In this document: positions 7,067 to 13,736 of the stretch, one piece after another
How the letters are laid out: each line of letters opens with the position of its first letter
Numbering within the stretch: the first letter of the stretch is position 1
DNA from: an uncultured Methanosarcinales archaeon
GTDB lineage: Archaea > Nanobdellota > Nanobdellia > Woesearchaeales > CAZYIM01
Assembly: GCA_964647565.1 (NCBI GenBank)
Contig: CAZYIM010000051.1
Coordinates: 1-14,641, forward strand
DNA length: 14,641 nt
Direction of reading: 5' to 3'
The notes under the pieces: generated by a model
The model's database searches: none
Told to the model about the DNA's origin: nothing
What the model saw: the letters and a program-made list of their open reading frames with translations, nothing else
Position numbers and translations under genes: made by a program

Positions 7067-10066
7067 ATGTATGAAGGACCAAGATTAAGTCATTTATTGG
7101 CAAAACATATCTTTTTGTTTCCTTATTTTTCCAGAAAATTGAGAAAACTAACAGGATTTCAAGATAATAATTATTTGTGGTACAGTGACACAAAAGAAAA
7201 TCTGCACGGAGGATATTATCTGGACTTGGATATGAAGAAAGCAAAAGTTAACGGATATAAGTATTTCACAGATAAGAAAAAGTTCAAGAAATGGATTGAA
7301 GAGCAGAATAATCTCCACAGACTAACAAAAGTCTTAATGAACAAATATGAATTTGAAAGAAATATCAGTAAACTATCCAAGAAAAAAATCATTGAGTTAA
7401 TTCCAGAAATTGCAAAGATAAGATCAGAACTTTTTGTCTACATTCTTGCTTGTCAACCTCAATGTACAGAAGGACTTGCAGATAGGTTAAAAGAACTCAT
7501 AAAAATAAAAATTAAAGATGAAGAAACTGCAAAACAGATCTATCTTGAGTTGACAGCTCCAGAAAAAAAGATCTTTACTAGTCAAGAAGAGATAGATTGG
7601 CTAGATATTGTAATAAAAGCAAAACAAGAACTCAAAAAACTCAGTAAAGAAGAATTAAGAAAATCTCCTATTTACAAAGAAATCACAAAACACCATAATA
7701 ACTATTTTTTGATTCCGGCTAGCGATAGAACAGAACCTTGGGACTTGAATCACTTCGAAGAACTTATGTTACATAACATTGCTAGTGAAACTGATTTCAA
7801 AAAGAAAAAAGAAGAACTAGAACAAAAATATAATAATTCTATTTCAAACAAAAAACAGCTCATTAGAAAATTTAACCTTTCAGACGAAGTGAAAGAATTA
7901 GGAAATTTGATTGCAGAAATAGGATATTACAGATTCATTTCTTCATTCTATGGCAGATGGTTAGGGTATTACCTGGTTTTAGTTTGTCGAAAATATTCTG
8001 ATAAAGTGAGACTTAGTTTTGAAGAGCTATCAAGTTGTACTGAAAAAGAATTAATTTCATTGATATCTGGTAAAATGTTAGTAAGCAAAAAGAAATTAGA
8101 AGAAAGGGCATTAGCAGAAACCATTCTTATCCGAGATGGAAAAATAAATATTTACTATGGAAAGCAAGCTATTGATGTTAAGAATATTGAATTGGGAAAA
8201 ATAAAATATGAAACTATTAATGAAGTTAAAGGAGAGATTGCTAATCTAGGCAAAGTGCGAGGAAGAGCCTTCGTATTCTACTGGAATGATGATATTAACA
8301 AGAAAGTTCTAGAAATGCCCGAAGATGCAATACTTGTAGCTCCGCAAACACATCCCACCTATATGCCTGCAATAAGAAAAGCGAAAGCTCTTGCAGTTGA
8401 TGAAGGAGGAATAACTGGACATGCAGCAATTGTAAGTCGAGAATTTGGTAAACCCTGCGTAATAGGATTGCATTATATTACGAAAGTTGTAAAAACAGGC
8501 GATCTAATTGAATTAGATGGAGAAAAAGGCGTTGTAAGAGTACTCGAAAGAAAAAAGACTTGGCAATTAATGTCAGAAGGTCCTTCATTACCTCATTTTT
8601 TTATGTCAATAATTTGGTCAGAAGTATTTAAAGGAAGATATCATGATAAATATACAAAAGGGTATCAAACACGTGATTTCATATGGTATAATAATCATGA
8701 TGAAGGACTTCATGCTGAATATCGAACTAAAGAATGGATGCGTTTTGTTGAAAATAAAGCATTAGAAAAATTCATGAATGATGAATTTTTTCATGATTAT
8801 ATTAAAAAGATTGACAAGTGGATATCTAAATCAAAGAAGATTGAACAAACCTTAGACTTTGTAAGGACCTATGAACCAAAAGAACTATTAGTTTTTATTG
8901 AAGATTTACTAGAAGTGTATAAACAATTAATTGGTTCAATATTCTCTAATTGGCCAGAGTATACCGAAGGTCTTTCTAAGAAACTGAAAACAAACTTAGA
9001 GAAAAAAATCAAAGATAAGAAAAAGAGAATCGAGACGTTCATTGCTTTAACACATCCGGAAAGTATGTTGCCGATAACTGTTGAAGAGATTGCATTCTTA
9101 GATTTAGCCATACAAATAAAAAGTATACTCGATTCTGAAAGAAATATACTGAAAAATAAAGAAACTACAAACCTATTAAAAAAACATTATGAAAAATATA
9201 AATACATATCCGCAAGCGATAGGACAAAACCTTGGACTAAAAAAGAGCTATTTCTAAGATTAGTAGATGCCTTAAACTCTTCAGAATCTCTTGAAAATAA
9301 GAAAATAGAATTAATTTCACAATATGGAACTATTCTTGATAAGAAAAGGGAACTAATATCAAAATTCAATTTAGATCCTGAAACTTCCAAGCTAGCATCA
9401 AGAATCTCAACAATAGGCCACTATAGGTTCAAAGCATCTTTTGCCTGGAGAATTTCAGGATATTTTCTGGTGAAACAATTCAAAGCATTTGCAGAGAAAG
9501 AACAGTTAGATTATCAAGTTATGGCAAGCTTAAAAGTTGAAGAACTAATAAAATATCTAAAAGGAGAAAAACTAGAAAAAATAGTATCAGTTGAAGAGTT
9601 GAAAAAAAGATCAGAAGCAGAATTGTTTCAAATAGACAATCATAAACAACACTTTTTATTTGGTGAACAAGCGATTAGAAAAAAAGAAGAATTACTTGGT
9701 AAAGAAAAATACAATACAAAAGAGGTTATAGGAGAAATTGGAAACAAAGGACGCGCTATTGGTAGCGCATTTGTTTTTAATTGGACTGATTCTGTTGAAA
9801 AGGAGCTTAGCAGAATTCCATCTGATGCAATTCTAATTGTGCCTCAAACACATCCTGCTTTAATGCCAATAATAAGAAAGTCAAAGGCTATTGTAAGTGA
9901 TGAGGGAGGAATCACAGGTCATGCAGCAATTGTTGCAAGAGAGTTGGGCAAACCGTGTGTTATTGGAACTCATATCGGCACCAAAGTATTCAAAACCGGA
10001 GACAAAGTTGAAGTTGATGCAGAAAATGGTGTAGTAAGAAAACTTTCTGACATTGGGATGAGTTAG
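7067..10066 (+). CDS. PEP-utilizing enzyme mobile (His-swivel) domain protein, tandem duplication of a ~500-aa unit
   Basis: Two copies of ILV.PQTHP..MP.IRK.KA...DEGGITGHAAIV.RE.GKPCVIG......KTGD..E.D.E.GVVR, with the His codons at 8420 and 9920. The N-terminal regions also repeat (EGP.L.H, ASDRT.PW). The true start may be ATC 7046. Confidence 0.9.
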   Translation: MYEGPRLSHLLAKHIFLFPYFSRKLRKLTGFQDNNYLWYSDTKENLHGGYYLDLDMKKAKVNGYKYFTDKKKFKKWIEEQNNLHRLTKVLMNKYEFERNISKLSKKKIIELIPEIAKIRSELFVYILACQPQCTEGLADRLKELIKIKIKDEETAKQIYLELTAPEKKIFTSQEEIDWLDIVIKAKQELKKLSKEELRKSPIYKEITKHHNNYFLIPASDRTEPWDLNHFEELMLHNIASETDFKKKKEELEQKYNNSISNKKQLIRKFNLSDEVKELGNLIAEIGYYRFISSFYGRWLGYYLVLVCRKYSDKVRLSFEELSSCTEKELISLISGKMLVSKKKLEERALAETILIRDGKINIYYGKQAIDVKNIELGKIKYETINEVKGEIANLGKVRGRAFVFYWNDDINKKVLEMPEDAILVAPQTHPTYMPAIRKAKALAVDEGGITGHAAIVSREFGKPCVIGLHYITKVVKTGDLIELDGEKGVVRVLERKKTWQLMSEGPSLPHFFMSIIWSEVFKGRYHDKYTKGYQTRDFIWYNNHDEGLHAEYRTKEWMRFVENKALEKFMNDEFFHDYIKKIDKWISKSKKIEQTLDFVRTYEPKELLVFIEDLLEVYKQLIGSIFSNWPEYTEGLSKKLKTNLEKKIKDKKKRIETFIALTHPESMLPITVEEIAFLDLAIQIKSILDSERNILKNKETTNLLKKHYEKYKYISASDRTKPWTKKELFLRLVDALNSSESLENKKIELISQYGTILDKKRELISKFNLDPETSKLASRISTIGHYRFKASFAWRISGYFLVKQFKAFAEKEQLDYQVMASLKVEELIKYLKGEKLEKIVSVEELKKRSEAELFQIDNHKQHFLFGEQAIRKKEELLGKEKYNTKEVIGEIGNKGRAIGSAFVFNWTDSVEKELSRIPSDAILIVPQTHPALMPIIRKSKAIVSDEGGITGHAAIVARELGKPCVIGTHIGTKVFKTGDKVEVDAENGVVRKLSDIGMS

Positions 10067-10130
10067 ATAATGTATTCCGATTAAAAAACTCCCGAAGAAA
10101 AAGTACACGAAATATATCTCCAATATTGCG

Positions 10131-11060
10131 TTAAGATAAAGCTGACTTGACCCTCTCAACAAGAGCATGATAATTGCGAGCAGCAGCTATCTTTCTTCGT
10201 ACCTCAGCACCCCCCTTCAAACCCTTGGTAAAGTACTGAGCCTGCATACGCATGCTCTTGATTGAAATATCATACTCCTGGGCCAGCTTGAGATATTCAA
10301 GTCCTTGTTTTAGCTTTTGTTCCATACTGATCTGGTTATAGCTATCTATTCCAAGGTATTCATTGATCTGCCTGAACAAAAGAGGATTACCTAGAACACC
10401 TCTACCAACCATCACAAAATTACAATCAGTCTGATCAAACAGTCTCTTGGCATCTTCAGGAGTCCGTATGTCTCCATTGCCGATTACTGGAATGCTAATA
10501 GCACTCTTAATGTTTTTAATGACATCCCAATCAGCTCTACCAGAATATTTTTGAGCAGCAGTTCTGGCATGGACTGCAATAGCGGCAGCACCTGATTTCT
10601 CAATCATCTTAGCAGCCTTAATAGCAGCATCCGGTTTGTTAATGCCGCTTCTGATCTTTACAGTAACTGGTTTCTTGACAGCATCAACCATAGCAGTAAT
10701 TATGTCCTCTGCTTTCTTCAAATCACCAAGAAGAGCTGATCCTGAGCCCTGCTTCATGATCTTAAACATAGGGCAACCCATGTTGAAATCAAGTATATCT
10801 GCATATTTTTCCACTTTTTTAGCGGCGTTGGCAACCAAATCAGGATCATTACCAAACAATTGAACTGCTATGGGCCTCTCATCATCTTCAATTCTCATCA
10901 GTTTCAGGGTTTTTTCATTATTCCTGACTATAGCCTCAGCACTTATCATCTCAGTAACAACCAAGCCTGCTCCTGCCCGCTTGCAAAGTAATCTGAAAGC
11001 TATATCAGAAAAACCTGCCATTGGCGCAAGAATGACTTTTGATTTAAGTATAGGAAACAT
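10131..11060 (-). CDS. dusB: tRNA-dihydrouridine synthase (DusB-like)
   Basis: LAPMAGFSD, TEMISA, VQLFG, DFNMGCP, GSGSALL, PVTVKIR, VHART..Q.YSG.ADW, IPVIGNGDI, VMVGRG.LGNP. Confidence 0.95.
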   Translation of the reverse strand: MFPILKSKVILAPMAGFSDIAFRLLCKRAGAGLVVTEMISAEAIVRNNEKTLKLMRIEDDERPIAVQLFGNDPDLVANAAKKVEKYADILDFNMGCPMFKIMKQGSGSALLGDLKKAEDIITAMVDAVKKPVTVKIRSGINKPDAAIKAAKMIEKSGAAAIAVHARTAAQKYSGRADWDVIKNIKSAISIPVIGNGDIRTPEDAKRLFDQTDCNFVMVGRGVLGNPLLFRQINEYLGIDSYNQISMEQKLKQGLEYLKLAQEYDISIKSMRMQAQYFTKGLKGGAEVRRKIAAARNYHALVERVKSALS

Positions 11061-11082
11061 AATAACAAAGAAAGTAGTACCA

Positions 11083-11088
11083 TTTAAA
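11083..11088 (-). promoter_or_regulatory. TATA box for a probably leaderless dusB transcript
   Basis: TTTAAA 22 nt upstream of ATG 11060. Confidence 0.5.
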
Positions 11089-11107
11089 TTGGTTGTGCAA
11101 AAATAAA

Positions 11108-12497
11108 TCAGCTAAACGGAGACTGTTCTGATGCAACACCTTTCAACATAGCACAAAGAAGGCCTCCTAGTCGAGGCTTATCAGATGGTGTCATGACATA
11201 ACTAGGCGGAGATGTATGGCCCTTTGCCTCTGCTTGTTCACATATTTTTCCAACCCAAGCATGCTTTATGTTTGGATTCTCACGCATATGCTCCTTGACT
11301 TCATCTTCAGTCATCTTTTCACCATCTTTCATAAAAAGTATTTCACCATTCTCGCCGAATGTCATTCCACCACCTTGACCATGATAAAAGGATTCAAAAG
11401 GTTCTACATTTCTGCCATCAACAATAATAGCATCCATCTGGCCAGTTGAGCATATTTCCATTGCAGAAGGTAGGTTAATTTGTGAATAAACATATGAGCC
11501 ACAGAAACCCAATTCTTCAAGAGTATGAAAGACGTTTTCTGTTAGTTCAGGACCTTTCAAATGGTAATTCTCATTCAAATCCTCGATAACCAAGACATTA
11601 TATATTTCCTCTGCTTTCTTTCCAGGAACTATTTTTCTAGGCGTGTCCAAGAATTTTTTTGAAAGTGGAATGTTAGAATCTTGTTCATAAGCAATATGGG
11701 TTGTATACTCTCTTATCTTCTCAGCTTCTGCCTTTGCATGAGCAATGCATCGTTCATCACCATTCGATATAATTTCAGCCAGCTTACCAAAAAGCAAAGT
11801 TTCAGTTTCATCTTTCTGTCCAAGGAACATAGTTTCACGCAAATCTTCATGTTTACTTAGAATAGGCGGCATCTCATAACCCCGTTCTTTCATATGAGTC
11901 ATCAACCTCAAATATAAACAGTCAAAATAGCTGTTATCCCGCTCTTCATGATTTTTCGAATGATCAAGACTCTTAAAAGAAAAGCTTTCATAGTCCATAA
12001 ACGCAGGATGATCGACAGATATACCACCTATACCCTTAAGGATTCCCTTTAGCCAAGCATCACGAATAGTTGGCTGCTGAATTAACTTTAGATAATCATA
12101 TCCCTCCGAAGATCCATATGATTTCTCACATAACTTTTCTCCCTTAAAGAACAACTCACTTCCAACATGTGAAGCGAACCAAGTACCATAATCAAAGGTC
12201 AGGTCCTCAAACGATGTATCTTTTGAAATTGCTTCAAAATTCCCCCCCGCGAGAATATTTCATGTCTCGATATTCATCAGTTATATCATCATGAACCAGA
12301 TATTTCCATATGTGCAATGAATAGTCATCTCCTAATCTAAGATTAAAATCAAATGGAATCACAGCCCTAGGCTTAAGGTCAAAACTCTCTGGATTAAGTT
12401 CTTTCTTTTTAACCAGAAGACCTGTTATATCTGAAAGAAACTGTATTTGTTCTTCTAATTGCTTATCCACACTTTTAGGTATGCCAAACCCATTCAT
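11108..12497 (-). CDS. Single hypothetical gene (~462 aa) interrupted by a +1 frame break near 12234-12248; C-terminal receiver-like domain
   Basis: ORF 12497-12234 has an SD (AGGGGT) and ATG. The frame of ORF 11108-12154 stays open upstream of its weak TTG start through to ~12259, overlapping the end of the first ORF. Removing one base joins them (...SRGG-NFEAISKDTSFEDLTFDYGTWFASHVGSELFFKG...). Confidence 0.7.
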
Positions 12498-12601
12498 AAT
12501 ACTACCCCTATATCAACAGAAGGAAATGCACATTTGTTTTTAAGGATTACTATTTTCAAGTACTAAATTATCAAAATATGAGAGTGAGATAAGGAAATTA
12601 G

Positions 12602-12614
12602 AAAAAAAAGAAAA
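12602..12614 (-). terminator. Oligo-T terminator after the tRNA 3' fragment
   Basis: TTTTCTTTTTTTT directly after the fragment's discriminator base. Confidence 0.55.
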
Positions 12615-12645
12615 TAGTGGGGGAAAGATTTGAACTTTCGACTCC
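12615..12645 (-). repeat. Intron-less tRNA 3'-end fragment (T-arm + acceptor 3' strand), diverged direct repeat of the tRNA-iMet 3' end
   Basis: Minus strand GGAGTC-GAAAG-TTCAAAT-CTTTC-CCCCACTA versus spliced tRNA GGAGGTC-GGTAG-TTCAAAT-CTACC-CCCCGCTA; followed by TTTTCTTTTTTTT. Confidence 0.85.
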
Positions 12646-12664
12646 TTTGAACCTTGTTTGACCG

Positions 12665-12678
12665 GGTAAATTTATAAA
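12665..12678 (+). promoter_or_regulatory. BRE/TATA-like promoter of the LAGLIDADG gene
   Basis: GGTAAA-TTTATAAA, 44 nt upstream of ATG 12723. The TATA octamer is palindromic, so it could also fire on the minus strand. Confidence 0.5.
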
Positions 12679-12722
12679 GTAAATCATTTTTCCAATGTTA
12701 AGAGCATAATAGTTGTTAAAAA

Positions 12723-13445
12723 ATGTTAAATAAAATTTTCCTGAACAAAAAAGATAAGTTAAAAGGATTAAAAATACCTAAGGAATCAACAGAAGATTTA
12801 GCTTATTTGTCCGGAGTATTAGCTGGAGATGGAAGCCTAGGATATAGACAAAATAAGAACGAATATTCTCTTAAATGTGTTGGAAATCCAAAAGATGAAA
12901 AAGATTTTTATTTAAACATTGTCGGACCTAAATTCGAGAAAGTATTCGGATTTATTCCAACAATGAAGACTTTCGATAAGAATACCACTTTCGGATTTAG
13001 GATATTTTCAAAGTCACTAGTTTGTTATTTAACTCAAACCATTGGCCTCCCGCTAGGACCTAAAAATAACTCATTAAAAATCCCTTCTAAAATCAACACC
13101 AATAAAATGTTATTAATGAATTTTGTGAGGGGTTTATTTGATACAGATGGATCAATTTCATTTAAAAAAAGGTATAAACAACACCCTTATTATCCTGTAA
13201 TCTCATTCTCCTCCAGAAAAGAATCCTTCACAAAGGAAATTGCAGCATTTTTGAAAGAAGAAGGGTTTAAAATAGTAGAGATTTATAACTATAAAATAGA
13301 AGATAAAAGAATGAAAACAGGATTCACAATAATAAATAGAATTGAACTAAATGGAAATAAGAATCTGTCATTATGGATGACAAAAATAAGTTTTTCTAGT
13401 CCAAAACATTTAGAAAAAATAAGAAAATATGGAAGGATTAAATAG
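12723..13445 (+). CDS. Free-standing double-motif LAGLIDADG homing endonuclease
   Basis: Two LAGLIDADG helices with acidic catalytic residues: LAYLSGVLAGDGSL and FVRGLFDTDGSI. No intein splice motifs. Stop TAG overlaps the last 3 nt of the antisense tRNA. Confidence 0.92.
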   Translation: MLNKIFLNKKDKLKGLKIPKESTEDLAYLSGVLAGDGSLGYRQNKNEYSLKCVGNPKDEKDFYLNIVGPKFEKVFGFIPTMKTFDKNTTFGFRIFSKSLVCYLTQTIGLPLGPKNNSLKIPSKINTNKMLLMNFVRGLFDTDGSISFKKRYKQHPYYPVISFSSRKESFTKEIAAFLKEEGFKIVEIYNYKIEDKRMKTGFTIINRIELNGNKNLSLWMTKISFSSPKHLEKIRKYGRIK

Positions 13446-13462
13446 CGGGGGGTAGATTTGAA

Positions 13463-13488
13463 TTCGGTAACAGTCCTTCCGTCTGCTT
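13463..13488 (-). other. 26-nt tRNA intron at position 53/54 (T-stem/T-loop junction)
   Basis: Relaxed BHB: central helix CGGT/ACCG, bulges AG|A and AA|T, intron helix AGCAG/CTGTT; removal restores GGTAG-TTCAAAT-CTACC. Confidence 0.9.
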
Positions 13489-13528
13489 CTACCGACCTCC
13501 GGGTTATGAGCCCGACGGGCACTCCTGG

Positions 13529-13560
13529 TTAGGCTATAGCAAAAAATTAATTTTGCTAAT
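13529..13560 (-). other. 32-nt tRNA intron at position 15/16 (D-loop)
   Basis: BHB: central helix GGGC/GCCT, bulges AG|A and AA|C, outer helix TG/CA, intron hairpin TAGCAAAA/TTTTGCTA. Confidence 0.9.
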
Positions 13561-13599
13561 CTGCCCCACCCCGCTGTAACCCTGAAGAAAGAATGGGCC

Positions 13600-13612
13600 A
13601 TTTAAATATTTA
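13600..13612 (-). promoter_or_regulatory. TATA box of the tRNA-iMet gene
   Basis: TAAATATTTAAAT on the minus strand, ending 24 nt upstream of tRNA position 1. Confidence 0.6.
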
Positions 13613-13677
13613 ATGGTGCATCCAAGCAAAAACTTTAAATATTTGATTATAGAGCCATAGTAGTTAGGGGTGATTTA

Positions 13678-13736
13678 ATGCTTAAAAATCGATTAGCGAT
13701 TTTTGGCATGCTTAAAAAACGGAGGTTTTTAACATG
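13678..13736. repeat. Two tandem palindromic units bounded by (C)ATG
   Basis: ATGCTTAAAAATCG-ATTAG-CGATTTTTGGCATG and CATGCTTAAAAAAC-GGAG-GTTTTTAACATG; shared direct repeat ATGCTTAAAAA at 13678 and 13708. Confidence 0.75.

Larger units (their letters stand above)
13443..13575 (-). tRNA. Initiator tRNA-Met (CAT) with two non-canonical introns; exons 13575-13561, 13528-13489, 13462-13443
   Basis: Spliced sequence AGCGGGGTGGGGCAG/CCAGGAGTGCCCGTCGGGCTCATAACCCGGAGGTCGGTAG/TTCAAATCTACCCCCCGCTA folds as a cloverleaf with A1:U72, GGG/CCC in the anticodon stem and anticodon CAT (13508-13506). CCA is not encoded. Confidence 0.95.

Noticed and set aside
7067..10066. Annotation as ppsA/ppdK
   Set aside because: Only the His-swivel domain is recognisable; ATP-grasp and pyruvate/PEP-binding barrel motifs were not seen.
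10067..10131. dus gene as an island integration site
   Set aside because: No integrase and no att-like direct repeat found flanking the AT-rich block.
312..11449. Remaining short ORFs (63-127 aa) overlapping the main genes
   Set aside because: They lie antisense to or out of frame within well-supported CDSs and have no recognisable motifs.
12644..12661. 18-nt spacer between ACCCGG and AGTC as a BHB intron
   Set aside because: No 4-bp central helix with 3-nt bulges could be formed in the registers tried.
12723..13445. Intein-encoded endonuclease
   Set aside because: No N-terminal Cys/Ser splice block, no His-Asn C-terminus and no flanking extein frame.
12646..13488. LAGLIDADG gene as cargo of one giant tRNA intron spliced to the distal 3' fragment
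   Set aside because: The ORF is antisense to the tRNA, I found no BHB joining the distal fragment to the upstream exons, the proximal 3' exon already completes the tRNA, and the distal acceptor strand gives a C3-A70 mismatch.
13289..13601. Minus-strand ORFs 13289-13522 and 13410-13601
   Set aside because: They overlap the tRNA-iMet gene and the endonuclease antisense strand; no protein features.
13576..13612. Leaderless tRNA transcription as in RNase P-lacking Nanoarchaeum
   Set aside because: The TTTAAA-to-tRNA gap (25 nt) is longer than the TATA-to-ATG gaps of the apparently leaderless mRNAs here (21-22 nt), implying a short leader; not decidable from one gene.
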